Shown: in pieces, positions 38,011 through 50,389 of the stretch
Numbering within the stretch: position 1 is the first letter of the stretch
Layout of the letters: each line of letters begins with the position of its first letter
From: Lama guanicoe
Lineage: Eukaryota
Reading direction: 5' to 3'
Assembly (NCBI GenBank): GCA_013239625.1
Contig: MU053873.1
Location: 2,060,524-2,124,523, forward strand
Length of the DNA: 64,000 nt
Notes under the pieces: model-generated
Told to the model about the DNA's origin: nothing
Databases searched by the model: none
What the model saw: the letters and a program-made list of their open reading frames with translations, nothing else
Position numbers and translations under genes: made by a program

Positions 38011-38544
38011 GGTGGGGTGGGAGGGGACAGGGTGGCAGCTGAGAAGCTGGAAGGAGGTGGGCAGACCCAGGCCACTGGCTACCTAGATGTGCAGCTCCAG
38101 GAAGCTTCCGCCTCAGACGCGGACTGAGCACCACAGCCAGAAGGTGGGATTTGGTTCCATGAGATGAGACTACCGAGACAGTGAACAACGGGTGAGTGAG
38201 TCCAGGGCTCTCTTGTCAGGGAGGAGGGACAGCTGGCCTAGGAGACCCACAACAAGGTATCTCAAGCCTGCGGAGGTTCAAGAGGGAAAGAAGTATCCAT
38301 GGTACCCAATAACTCTGACGGGTCTAGTGGGGTGAAGGCTGGAAAGACCCAATACAATTCAACAACATGGCAGGCATTGGTGGCCCCAAACCAGAGTGTG
38401 TTCAGAGGGCTGACAGGGGCTGGGAGACCATTAAAGCAACACAATAACGAAAAGGCCCAGAAACAGACTTCTGTGCCGATGGAAACGTCGGAGGTGCAAG
38501 GAGGTGTTGCCGGTCAGCGGAGGAGAGGTGGGCTGTCTACAAAA

Positions 38545-39093
38545 GTATACTGGTGGACGTCATCCAGCATGAAAAACAAATGAGCTATCAAACCATGAAA
38601 AGACGTGGAGGAAACGTAAATGCATATTACTAAGTGAAGGAAGCCAATCTGTAAAAGCTACACACTGCATGATTCCAACTATATGACACTCCGGAAAAAG
38701 CAAAACTGTGGAGACAGTGAAAAGATCAGTGGTTGCCAGGAACTGGGGGAGGGTGGGATGAGCAGGCAGAGCACAGAGGATTTTCAGGGCAGTGGAAGTA
38801 CTCTGTGTGGTACCGTAACAATGGATATAGACCACCGTTAACATTTGTCCAAACTAACAGAAGGTAGGACACCAAAAGTGAACTAAAATGTAAACTCTGC
38901 ACTTGGGTAGATAATGATGAGTCAATGTAGGTTCATCAGTTGTAAAAAATATACCACCTGGTGGGGGATGTTGATGGGGGGAGGAGGCTGTGCGTGTGTA
39001 GGGGCAGGAGATACATGAAAAATCTCTGTACTTTCCTCTAAGTTTTGCTGTGAACTTAAACTGCTCTAAAAATATTAAGTCTTTAAAAAAAAT
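38545..39093 (+). mobile_element. L1MC1-like 3' end
   Basis: aaatgagctatcaaaccatgaaaagacgtggaggaaacgtaaatgcatattactaagtgaaggaagccaatctg...tttgctgtgaacttaaactgctctaaaa followed by an A tail. Confidence 0.88.
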
Positions 39094-39121
39094 ACTGGAA
39101 AATGATGCTGAGTGTGCACAG

Positions 39122-39645
39122 TATGGCAGACAGTCTTTGGGGTGGCCCCATGGTCCCACCTCCTGGTTTTCAGGCAGGTGCAGTCCCCTCCTCTTGAGTG
39201 TGGGCAGGGCCAGCAACTTACTTCTAACCAATAGAATATGGCAAAGGGGATGGGCTATCACGCCCTTGATCACCTTACATTATATAAGACACTGTCCTGC
39301 TGGCTGTTCCTCTCTCTCCTTCTCTCTCTCTCTCCCACTCCCTCTCTTTCTTTTCATTGCTGGCTTTGAGCAAACAAGCTTTCGTGAATCCTACAGCTGC
39401 AAAGAAACGATTTCTGCCAATAACCTGAGGACTTTGAAATTGAATCCTCCCTGAGTCAAGCCTCTGATGAGAACTCAGCCCCAGCCAACTCCTTGCCTGT
39501 AGTATTGGACACACTCTAAGCAGAGGCTCTTGCGAAGATGCGCCCAGACTGCTGACCCACAGAAACTGTGAAATAATAAATGCGTGTTGTTTTAAACAAT
39601 CAATTTTGTGCATAACTTTATTATGCAGTATATACAATGAGCATA
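39122..39645 (+). mobile_element. MaLR solo LTR (MLT1E-like)
   Basis: gtcccctcctcttgagtgtgggcagg...cttctaaccaatagaatatggcaaagg...ctgacccacagaaactgtgaaataataaatgcgtgttgttttaa. Confidence 0.85.
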
Positions 39646-39699
39646 AACAGAACAATATTATATTAGATTCCAAACAACACAACACACATACACACAAAC

Positions 39700-40760
39700 A
39701 AATTCAAGATGCAGTCAAGGTCTACACACAAAAAGGAAAATTTTTTAAAAGCTCCAGACGGAAATACAGAATTTCTTTATAACCTCAGGGTAAGGGAAGA
39801 TTTCTTAATCATAGCACTAAGACATAAACCCTAAAGAAAAATGGATAAATATGACTACTTTTAAATTAAAAACTTCTTTTCAGTCAAACTCATCATAAAT
39901 AAGTTAAAAGAGACAAAAACTAGAAAAAGATATCTGAACACATATAACTAAGAGAGAATTGAATCCATAATATGTAAAGAGCCCTTGCAAATCAATAAGA
40001 ATAACACCAACCACCCAGCAGAAAAATAGGCAGCAGGCACAACCAGATAGTTTGCAAAAGAGAAAATGCAGATGACTGACAGCCATGTGAGGTGTTTAAC
40101 CTCACTAGTAGTCAGCAAATACAAAGGGGAAGGAACCACAAGATACCACCCATCTGCTTAACAGAAATTAAAAAATTTGAGAATACCGTGTCGATGAGCC
40201 TGCAGGGAAGCAGGGCCTCTCCCCTGGGGCTGGTGGGAGTGTGAGTTGGTACAACCAGGTTGGAGAGCCATCTGGAAGCATCTAGTGAAGTTAAAGCTTT
40301 GTAACTGGACCAAACTATTGCTTCTGGGTAAATATCTTCTAGAAACGTTAGCCTGTTGTCCACAGGCACACGTTCCAGGATGTTCATCACAATGTTGTTG
40401 GTAACATGTTCCTCAATAGAAGGACGAAAACTAAATGGACGTCTGCTCATATAGTGGGGTGCTATACATTGGTGAAAATGAACCAGTCCTGTGCCAATTT
40501 GGGAAACAAAGCAAGTTGCAGAATGATGCTTAGAAGAATATTTCAAACGTGAAATATATTGTTGTGGGTGGCTTGTAGATCCACATACAGTAAAAACATA
40601 AAAGCATGAATGAGAAAGGTAAATACTGAGACATAAATATTCTCGGCAGAGGAAAAAGTAGGATCAGATTTGAAACATCTAATGACTTAAACAAATCTGA
40701 AGTGGATGTGACAAAAAAAGGTAGACGTTCGATAAAGGTGAGCGTGCAGGTGTTCACGAC
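39700..40760 (+). mobile_element. Old L1ME-like ORF2 3' region
   Basis: A-rich L1 ORF2-like sequence: ttttaaattaaaacttct...gcaaatcaataagaa...agataccacccatc...ggtgggagtgtgagttggtacaacc. Confidence 0.75.
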
Positions 40761-40774
40761 ATGGCTCTCTAGGG

Positions 40775-40993
40775 CTGAGTGGTTCCCGGCAGTAGCCTCT
40801 AGCTATTCAAATAGGGTGACTTCAATTTAAACGTGAGTTCATTAAAAATAAATCAAATTTAAAATGTGGTTCCTCTCTCACCCGAGCCACACTTCAAGTG
40901 CTCAGTAGCCAGATGTGGCTGGTGGCTCCCATATTGGACAGTGGAGATACAGAACATTTCTGTTATCACACAAAGTCCTTTTGGACATTGCTG
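40775..40993. mobile_element. MER3-like hAT-Charlie MITE
   Basis: gagccacacttcaagtgctcagtagccagatgtggctggtggctcccatattggacag...agaacatttc; flanked by ctctaggg/ttctagaa, the Charlie-type target. Confidence 0.85.
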
Positions 40994-41374
40994 TTCTAGA
41001 AGGTTCCATGCACTTTTCATATTTCATAATGATTTTGTAAAAGCAGGGACTGGAAGGTGCATAAAGGAGGTAGGGAGGATTTTTGGAAGAGTTTGGCTTT
41101 GGAAGGAAGGGGGAAGATGGTGGAAGAGCTGGAGGAGGGGGTGGTTCAGAGGGGCTGGTGGAGAGGGGGTTGGGGGCTCTTCATTTGTTATGATGGGAGA
41201 TTGCTGATGGGAATGGTCAGTAGAGAAGGTGAAGGCAGAGGGGACGGGGACAATGGAAGGCACCAGGCCTGAGCAAGGGAGGGGAAGCAGACACCGTCCC
41301 CAGCAGCCCCGGAGGCCCCTACCTGGTGGCCCTTTCTGGGGGCTCCCACCCCACACCCTTACGGGCTCCAGCCG

Positions 41375-41570
41375 CTGGAGATAAATAACGCCAGCCACGC
41401 CTGTCACAGATATTTGAAAAACATATTAATCACTTTAACAAATATTAGCTTGGAACAGCAATAAACAGTCTCTGGAATCTCCTCTTCATGGCTGTATTAC
41501 AGTGAAAAATATGCTAATATGGGTGCCTAATTGATTGTGTTTGAATAACTTCCTTTATGACAGTAAGTGT
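41375..41570. promoter_or_regulatory. Candidate conserved non-coding enhancer
   Basis: Repeat-free AT-rich block with attaatca, TGTCA/TGACAG, gcaataaaca and taattgatt motifs. Confidence 0.45.
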
Positions 41571-41884
41571 TGGAGGTGGCATCACTCAGAGTCACGGGAA
41601 CTCCTCCTTCTGTTCCCACAGAGGTACCCCCTGGAGGGAAGTTCTCCTCATTAACCAAGTAGTAGGACTCGTGGCTGCCGATCTAGAGAGACTTTCTGGA
41701 GGCCGGCAAAGGGGCTGGCGTTTGGGCTGTGTCTCCTCTGGGCTGGCCCTGCACACACAAACGTCCCCTTTAGTCTTCTTGGTACTTCTACAAGAGCAGG
41801 ATTATGGCCCCATTCCACAGAAAGGAAACCTGAGGCTGCAAGAGGTGAAGAGACAGACCCAGGGCTCCTGAGTGGTGCAGTCAG

Positions 41885-42190
41885 AATTCTGGAAAGGGCC
41901 AGGTAGTTCATATTTTCAGCCTTGTGGGCCACAAGTGGTCTGAAGCAGCTCTTCGACTCTGCTGTTGTAACCAGAGAGCGATCAGAGACAATTCATACCG
42001 GAAGGACATGCCTGCTGTCCAATAAAACTTCATTTATGGATGCTGAAGTTTGAATCTGGTAAAATGTTGCATGCCACAAATTATTCTTTGTTGATTTTTA
42101 CAGCCATTAAAAGATGGTTAATGATGGTTATAATTTTAAGCCCGTGGACCATATGATAAAAGGGCAGTGAACTGAATTTGGATGACCTTT
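41885..42190 (+). mobile_element. MER58B-like hAT-Charlie MITE
   Basis: aaagggccaggtagttcatattttcagccttgtgggcc...ccaataaaacttcatttatggatgctgaagtttgaat. Confidence 0.75.
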
Positions 42191-43684
42191 GCATTTTTCC
42201 TTTAAAAAAAAAGGCATTTTGGTTTTTAAGTTTTCTGGCTTATGCATGCGGTAGTACTCGGATGGCGGGTGTGTGGTTAAGGGAGGTTGCACGGGGAGGG
42301 GGATTTTAATGAGCAAAAGGAACTGACCAAGGATCAGGGGGATATTCAGAAGGGCATAACTCACAGGCTTCTGGGGCTGGGAACGTTCTGGGTCTTGATC
42401 TGGATGCTGGTGACAAAGCGTTTTGACTTTGTGAAACTCTGTTGAGCCAGACTCTGATGACGGGTGTCCTCTTTTGTACGCAAGAAGTAAAGGAGAACGG
42501 AAGGGCTGATGCTGCCCTGTGCTGGCGGGATGCTGGGCACACCGGCGCTCCCACGCCACCCTGGAGAGCGTGTGCTGGGGCCACCCCCACGAGGAAGCAA
42601 AACAAAGGCCCATCTCACACACACACAGCACATTCTCACACTTGTGTGCAAAGCTTCCTGTGCGAAACATTCACGCCAGCTGGAGTAGTGGAAAGACCGG
42701 GAAAACTTAAATGCAGACTCATTGAACAAAGGATGCTGCCTCCGTAGTACCACATGGACACTGAAAAGGAGGAAGATGCTGTTCTTATGCGGTGGAATGA
42801 TCTCTGGGTGCAAAGTGCAGCAAAAAAATGGAGTGGATTTTGAAAGCTGCCCATCGTATATGAAAAAAGAACACATGCACACACTAGCATGCATGTATAC
42901 GCTTTCGTCTATAAGCAAGGACAACTTTCTGGAAAGTTACACAGGAAGTATGGACCTGGCTGTGGGCTCAGGGTGGGAGGCCACACACACACGTCCTTGG
43001 GGATGTTTCATTTTCTGTTGCAGCATGTCCTCGGTGACTTTACAATCAAGGACAGAAGACAAGTGAAAAAAATCAGGGGGAATGGTTTCCCATACACGGA
43101 ATATCCACTAATCCCCCAATATTTCCCAAGCCCCTAATGAATCTTCAGGCCCATCCCGGGGGCCCCTGGAGAACTCAAGACGGCCCAGCTGCTCTGCAGA
43201 CCCAGTGTGTCCCTTGTTGGTCCGAGGGGCGCAGCAAGGCCGGCTGGGAGTCTGAACAATGCGCAGGACAAAGAACCCTTTGTGTTTTCCCTCCTGCCCC
43301 AGCAGAGCCCCAAGACTGGCCTCTCCAGTTCCAGCCCCTGAGGGCTTTCCCACTCAGCCAGCAGGCTGAGCCCCAGGATCACCTGGCAGGCAAGGGGGAG
43401 GGTCCCCTTGGCGTTAGAGCTGCCCCCGCCCCCATTTCTCACATCAGCCTCCAAAATGTCAGCTTCTTGGTGGCTTGGTTTGAGGCCAGGCAATTCGCTG
43501 GAATCTTGGACACAGGCTGGGTGACCTGGGCCAGTGAATCCATCTCCCCAAGCCTCGGTTTCTTCATCTGGAAGATGGGGTGAGGGGAACTGTGTTCACC
43601 TCCTCTGTAGGTTGTGGCAAGGATTCAGTAAGATGATTTGTGTGAACTCCTGGCTTAAGAAACAGTGTCTTTGAAAGTCTGGGG

Positions 43685-44080
43685 AAGGAAACAAGGTGCA
43701 ACTGCTTTGGAAAACAGTCCAGCAGCTCCTCAGACAACCAAACCTGGAGTTACCATATGACCCAGCAATTCCATTCGCAGGCGTCCACCCAAGGGGGATG
43801 AAAACATATGCCCACATTAAAAACTGCAAATGAATGTTCACAGCAGCAGTATTTGCAACAAACAAAAGTATAAACAATCCATGTGCCCATCACCAGAGAA
43901 ACAGAGAAACCAAAGGTGGTCTCTTCACACAGCGGAATATTATTCAGTCTTGAAAAGGAATACAACACTGACATACCCTGCAACACGGATGAACCTTGAC
44001 AACATGATGCTAAGTGAAAGAACCCCCACAAAAGACTGTGTATTCAATCATTCTCTTTATATGAAATGTCCAGAATTGAG
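43685..44080 (+). mobile_element. L1MB-like ORF2 end/3'UTR inserted between MIR pieces
   Basis: ggtgcaactgctttggaaaacagtc...gagttaccatatgacccagcaattcca...gatgaaccttgacaacatgatgctaagtgaaagaa. Confidence 0.85.
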
Positions 44081-44514
44081 AAATCTCCACTTAACTTCCC
44101 TCCTCATCTGGCAAGTGGAACTAATTATGGCTGCTTCACTAAATGATGGTGAGTTTTGAAACAGGTGATGGATGGCGGAATGCTTGCACATAGTAAGTGC
44201 TTTTTAATTGACAGAGAGGGAGGAAGAGTGAGGGAGATTCATTGCTTTTATTTGTACAGCATCAATTTTCTTTTACCCCAGCTCCACCAAAGAATCCAAG
44301 AAGGAATGGAAAGGGTACAAGAAAATAGGGCACAGGTTTGTCTCCAGGAAAGCAGAGTGGTACCAGAATGGAGGGACAGGAGGAGAGAGACTTTCTGTTT
44401 TCAGCGGCTTTATTGAGATATGACTCACTTCCCATACGAGTCACCTGAAGTGTGCAATTCAGTGTTTTAAATATACAGATAGTTATGCAACCCGGAGGGA
44501 GACTCTTCAACGTA

Positions 44515-44814
44515 CAGTTGGCCAGCCACCTGCTGGTCCCACATCCACCCGCAGGTTCAACCAACCTAGGATGGAAAATATTCAGGAAAAAAATTCCAGT
44601 AATTTCCCAAAAGGAAAACTTGAATTTGCCATTCACGGGCAACTGTTCACGTAGCATTTACATTGTGTTAAGCATCATAAGTAACCTAGAGATGATTTAA
44701 AGGATGCTCATAGGTTACGGGCCATTTTATATCAGGAACGCGAGCATCTGTGGATTTGAGGATTCATGGGTGTCTGGAACCAATCAACCCCCTGCAAATA
44801 CTGAGGGATAAATG
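44515..44814. mobile_element. MER2-like TcMar-Tigger MITE
   Basis: cagttggcc...ttcaaccaacc...aaaatattc...tagcatttacattgtgttaagcatcataagtaacctagagatgatttaaag...ggaaccaatc...atactgaggga; TA on both sides (44513-44514, 44815-44816). Confidence 0.85.
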
Positions 44815-46129
44815 TACTGGATAGACTTTTCAGGGTCTATCCTTTGGTACTTTCTGAATTATGAACCATGATAGTGTTTCAACTACTACAACAGAAAGAA
44901 ATGAAAGAAGGAAGGAACCAGGCACCTGGCTGTTGCCTTGTCCTACTTATATCAGGATCAGGTCGTGGGTCACCAAGGCATCCGGCCTCCCAGCGACACC
45001 CTTGCCTCCACGTGGTGTCTGGCGGGGGAGGAATCCTATCCCTGGAAAATGCACTCATTCCAGGCAAAGTTCTGCAAGTAGAGGAATCCGCCCTGCCTTC
45101 CCTTCCTGACCCGTCAATCAAGCTGCAAAAAACCCAAAGCAAAGCAAAACCACCCGACACAGCAAGAGCAGCAGCTCGGGCTATTAGGAATGTTCCCTCA
45201 AGGTGGACGTGTGTTTTTGGACCAACCTCTTCAAGGTGCTTTTCTTTGCTGGAGCCACTTTCTGACCTGAGGACCCCTCCTCACCTACTCCATCACCTGT
45301 AGGTCTGCTGAGAAGCCTCCAGTCTGGCTTAGGAGCTCAAAACTCATCGCTGCTCACAGAGGAGAGAAAGGCGCAGCCCCCGGGGAGATCCCTCTGACGA
45401 TCAGAGAATGGACAGATGGATCCCGGCACTGGCCAGAGAGCCTGGGAGCTGGGTGGGTGCATCTCCAAAAGCAGTCCTTCCCACCACTGTTAATCTGCCT
45501 TTTGACCAGGCAAGGATGCATTGCCTTCTCTCAGCAGGAGCAGGGTCTCAGAGCTTATTCTGCAGGGGAGTTGTCTGAACACCTGCTGATACGAAGAAAT
45601 ACAGGGGTCTGAACACGTTAGTGACTTTGGACCCGAGGTTGGTGGACAGACCAATGGGCCACAGTCACAATCCTATGGGGTAGACAGGGGTTGGGGGTCC
45701 ACATGGTAGTGCTTTGGATCTTGAGACAGCCCAGGCAGGGTCAGCCCATGTCCTGAGACGAGTTGGGCTCAGCCTCAGCCTCCCAAATGAAGGGTGTCCT
45801 TGACTCCCCTTGACTGCCCTCCCTGCCTCCCCAAGGATCCACCCAACCCTAAAACTGCAGCCCCTCTGCCCACCTGCCCACCCAGTCCCAGGCCCGCCAC
45901 CATATTCACACAGTTCTGTTAAGAGGTGATCCTCCTTGGCCAGCTCCGATCAGCATCCACGTAGCAGTGGAGAGAGTTTTAAAAAAAACCTGATCCTGCT
46001 ACCTGTATCTTTCAGTCTTCCACGCAGCTCCCAACCCAGCCTACTTTTAGATCCAGCTGCAACCTCACTACTCCTCGTCCCCGGGCTGTTGGTGCTCGTG
46101 GCCCCCACCATCCCTGTGCAAGCCTACGC

Positions 46130-46444
46130 CATGTCTTTCAAATGCCAGTCCCTTCCCCAGTGAAGGGACAGGTATCAGTGTACTGGGGAAGTACCCCTCG
46201 GCTGATGGCAGATCTTATGGGAGTTGGAGGATAAATACCCCAGCTCCCTGCTTGAGTGGGGCACTCCCAGGCATGGTCTGCAGGGCTCCCAGAGGTCCCC
46301 AGTGGGAAGGAGCCCCAGTTGCCCACAGTGGGATCTTGCTCGATGATGTGTCTTTTTCTTCCTTGCTTCTCTCCCCATCCTCTTACATCCTTTGCACTGC
46401 CGTGTTTGTTTGAGGTGTGCCTTGGGCGCAGCCCACACTAGACA
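46130..46444 (+). mobile_element. ERVL LTR (LTR16A-like)
   Basis: gggagttggaggataaataccccagctccct...cagaggtccccagtggga...ccccagttgcccacagtgg...cacactagaca terminus. Confidence 0.75.
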
Positions 46445-47169
46445 TTCAGGAAAGGATGCCCCCTTGGAACAGGAACCCAAGCTTTTCCTCTAGCATTCCT
46501 GTAACCCCTCCCTTTCCCCGCTTTAGGCCATGATGGTGGGGAAGCAGTCTTTGTTTATCACTTGGAGGAGGGAGTGATACTTTGGGGGAAAAAGTCTTCA
46601 AAAGTCAGAACCTCAGATTCAAGCAATAGGTTGGGAAGATCTGGTGACCAGTGACCTGCCCCCTCCCCACCAAACTAGACAGAGACTCCCCGGTAGGGTG
46701 GCCAGAAGAGACATGAAGCCTGAGCAGCACACCGCAGTCACCACCCCACATGAGTTAAATGGCAGGTGTGATCAGAACCCAGTTAGTGCGGCGGCTTCAG
46801 TCCTGCAAGTTCAGTTACAGGAAACGAACCTTTGTGTCTTGCATACTTGAGTTCAGGCCAAGAGATTCTTGATAGCAGTTGGCGAGATGCTTGCTCATTT
46901 GCCTGACTCACGGACAAAGAACTCCCTCCCCCAGCGCCCCCAGCCTCTTTCTCCCTGAACATCCTCCCACCTGGCTCTGAGTCACCATGCTCCTTCCAGC
47001 CTGGAGGCCCCAGGATATTTTCCAGGGCCCAGCCTGTCTGGGGAAGGAGACACCTGAGGGGAGCACCTGGCTTGAGGGTGGAGTCTTCTCCAGACAGGAA
47101 GAGGCTCTACATGTTGGGATTGGCCTGAGGGGATGCGGCGAGGGGGATGGGCCAGGTGGAACAGGAGAC

Positions 47170-47272
47170 GGGATGTGGTGGGGGGAGGAGAAGGGGGAGG
47201 GAGAGGGGAGGAGGAGGGGAGGAGGGGGAGGAGGAGCAGGAAGGGGATGGGGAGAAGTGGGGGGTTGGGGGT
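47170..47272. repeat. G/A-rich low-complexity tract, (GGA/GGGGA)n
   Basis: ggggggaggagaagggggagggagaggggaggaggaggggaggagggggaggaggag. Confidence 0.85.
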
Positions 47273-47620
47273 GCTCTTGACTGGGGCCTACTCAGCCAGG
47301 CTCCGCTGGGTGACCCTGGAGAAGTCACAGGCTCTGTCTCCACAGATTAAAGGGCTTAAGACTGGTCTTCTGTCTCTTCTGTTCTAGACGCTCTTTGATT
47401 CTGGGGCATTTGGACTTTCAGTGTCATAAAGACAAGTGTGCTTTTCCTCTTTTTCTCTCCCTCCCTCTGACCCTTCATTCATCCCCTCCCACTCCATGCC
47501 TGGCCCCCACGGGGATCCTCTGCACCAGCGGCCCTGCCTTAGGAGCAGCAGACAGCAATGGAGCAGCCGGTTGCAAGCGAAGGCAGTAAGGGGCATGTGA
47601 GTAAGGACTGGCACCGCTTC

Positions 47621-47665
47621 CCCGGCCCCTCCTTTGTGCCCGGCCCCTCCTTTGTGCCAGGCCCT
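47621..47665. repeat. 18-bp tandem repeat, 2.5 copies
   Basis: cccggcccctcctttgtg x2 followed by ccaggccct. Confidence 0.85.
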
Positions 47666-48001
47666 GGGCATGCCTTATTTGCTAAAATCCCAGAATCTTC
47701 CCAAGGTCAGGTTCCTTGCTCATCTCCATTTTCCAGGTGAAGAAACTGAGGGGTGAGAGATGAGGCCCAGGGCCCCACAGCTGGGAAGGGAGGGTTGGGA
47801 TTGGGATTTGAACCAGGTCTGGCAGGCCCAAGGCCCACACTCAGAATCACTCGGTTTACTTCATCTTAGAACAGGAAAGACCAGGGGGCTTTTGAGGGCC
47901 AAGAGAGAAGCCTTCTAACCCAGCCCTGCTGGGGAGGACGGAGGGAAGGGCGCTGATCAAATCTGCCCAAGGTTCCCAAACCTCTAACTTCAGTTGTCTC
48001 T

Positions 48002-48020
48002 CCTGCCCCCTAGTGAGGCG
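48002..48020 (-). promoter_or_regulatory. Candidate CTCF site
   Basis: Reverse complement reads cgcctcactagggggcagg, close to the CTCF core CCACYAGRKGGCAG; motif match only. Confidence 0.4.
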
Positions 48021-49195
48021 TAGCTTGGGAAGTCGACATCTGTCATACTAACAGTCACACTAGCTAATATTCCTTGACGATGAGCCTCCTTACCTCTGAT
48101 TGGTGGGCTTGACCCTGACCCGTCTTTGTAGCCAGAAGAATGGACTCTGCTGATTGGCTAGTTATGGACTTACCCAAGTCCTTGCACTGGTGGGCGGGGC
48201 CAGTGCCGTCCAATCCACGCTGAGAGTCAGAGAGGGCACTGCAAATCAAGGTGCTTCTTAACAGAGGAGGTGAGAACGGAGACATCCCTTCATCCAGCGT
48301 TTAGGTAAATCAGTTCGGTATTCCCCTCAATGACTGAATCACAAAGAGGCTAAAAAACTCAGCTAAGGTCACACAGCTTGCAAGTGGCCATGCTGGACTT
48401 TGAACGCTAAAAGTCTGGCTCCAGAGTCTGTGTTTCTAACTGCAGCACTTTGCTGCCTCTCAGAAGAAAACTTAAGAGCTTAAGTCTAAGAAGTGGAGCA
48501 AGGAAGGAAGGGGAAAGGGATGGGAGGTGGCGATGCTTCATTTAATGTTACCAAACTACTTCCGCATGTGAGCCCTACACGTGAGACCTGACTGTTGGTT
48601 CATAGCTGGCCAAGATGGTCCAACCTGGCTGACATCTGCAGTTCGACCTTGGCTCCATGGTTACCGGTGATGGGGTTACCACAGGGTCTGAAGAAACATC
48701 ATAATCACAGCTGTTCCAGCCCCAGCTGCCGCTTGTCAGCTCTGCACGGGGGACCTACTTTGGGCAGAGTCTGCAGTAAGTTCAAGTGCCTTCTTGAGGA
48801 CGCGTCTTAGAGAAGGACCTCAGGGTCAATAGCCCAGGCTTCTTGGCTGAGTGTGTGTGGGAGGGGGAGGGGGGTTAGAATACCAATCTACCGTCATTAG
48901 CATTCTTTGTCCTCCTGAAAAGATTCCTCTTGCTTTAAGGGATCTAATTTTATTGCTGCTTAAATATCCAGTGAGATGTCCTCAAACTAGCACTTTTCAG
49001 CCCAAATGTCCTTTTGGTGGCATTCTGGAAATAACTCCAGAACCAGCCTTCCTTATTTATTCCCCTTCTTTCCTCTCACTTCTCCCTCCCCTTCCACATC
49101 TGGGCTTGAATAAACCTGTACTGTGCATTTACTCTTGGTCAGGCCCCCATGTTAACATCTCAGGGAGACACAGTGAACTTGTCCTTGGCTTAAAG

Positions 49196-49705
49196 TGAGG
49201 TGGGAAGCCCCATTAAAAAAAGAAAGTCAGGACCCACAGGCAGGGCTACTACTCTCCTGGCCCAGCGGCTTAATCTCACTTTTTGCCTCTGAAAGGGCTT
49301 ACTTCTAGGAAAGTGGGACTTATCTCTAAAATTCCATTGGTTCCCTAAGCTAACTCCTGATTGGTCCATTTGTAGTGCTTCATTAGCATGGAGCTCACTC
49401 CTGATTGGTTATTTCTCTCACTCCTGATTGGTCCATTTCCCTCACTCTTGATTGGTTATTTCTTTCAATCCTGATTGGTCCATTTCTACAAAGCATGTTC
49501 CTGATTAGTCACCTTTGTTAACCTTATTTGCATATGATGTTACAAAATGTTGCAAAGTTTAGACTGGTAGCCTATAAAAGCCTGTGTAAAGTCAGGGCCC
49601 ACTGGCTTAATAAACATGAGTTCTCCAGTTCTCTTGAGTGTTGCTTTATCTCTCGTTTCAATCCGGGTTGCTGTCACAACTGAGCTGTAACACTGAGCTA
49701 TAACA
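49196..49705 (+). mobile_element. Solo ERV LTR (probably ERV1 class) with CCAAT array, octamer, TATA and polyA signal
   Basis: TG...CA ends (tgagg...taaca); ATTGG at 49336, 49360, 49404, 49427, 49451 and 49474; ATTTGCAT 49526-49533; TATAAAA 49573-49579; AATAAA 49609-49614; duplicated ctgagct(g/a)taaca at the end; no clear TSD, so ends are tentative. Confidence 0.8.
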
Positions 49706-50389
49706 CCAAGGTGTCACACGCTTTTCTGCAACAAAAGGAGTGCCCTGTCTTTTTAGGGGAGACAGATGAGTAATCACTTTGTAGCGAGAGTCCTTGAGGG
49801 CAGGAGGAAGGGAGCTCATCCCTGCTGGGAGGACTTGGCCAGAAGGGCGTAGAAGTAGGAGTGGAGAAGGGAAGGCATCTTGGGCAGAGGGCACAGCAGG
49901 GACAAAGGCAGAGAGGTGAGGAGGAGTCCAAGTTCACGGACGGTATGTGGTTTGGTTGTATGTATGGGGTGTCGCAGGGGTTGAGATGAGGCGTGGCCTG
50001 GGAGGGCTCAGACAGACCGCTGAGGGTTGTCATGGTAGGAGGACAACATGTGGTCCAGGCCTGAGTCCAGAGACATGGCCCAGGGAAAGGGATGGGAGGC
50101 TATTTTGAGGCTGTCTTGGTGAGTCCCGGTTCCTCTCTGAGCCTTGGTCTTCTCACCTGTAAAAGCAGATGCTTGTTCTGTTGGCCTTTAAAGCACTTTC
50201 TGCCTCAGACATCTCCCATATTTCAGTGACGTTCCTTCCCTTGTCCTCTTTGGAATCTCTCCCCCACTCTACCATTCTGCAAAGGCCTTGACCCCCAGAC
50301 CTCAGCTGGCTCACAGAGAAATTGCTCTTACTGACCCTGGTGGGTCTATCCACTGAGGCTTTCAGAGGGCGCTCCTGGGGTGTCGTCTC

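Noticed and set aside
49354..49510. Regularly spaced 23/24-bp repeats resembling a CRISPR-like array
   Set aside because: Units are contiguous with no unique spacers, the context is eukaryotic, and they are explained as an LTR U3 enhancer repeat.
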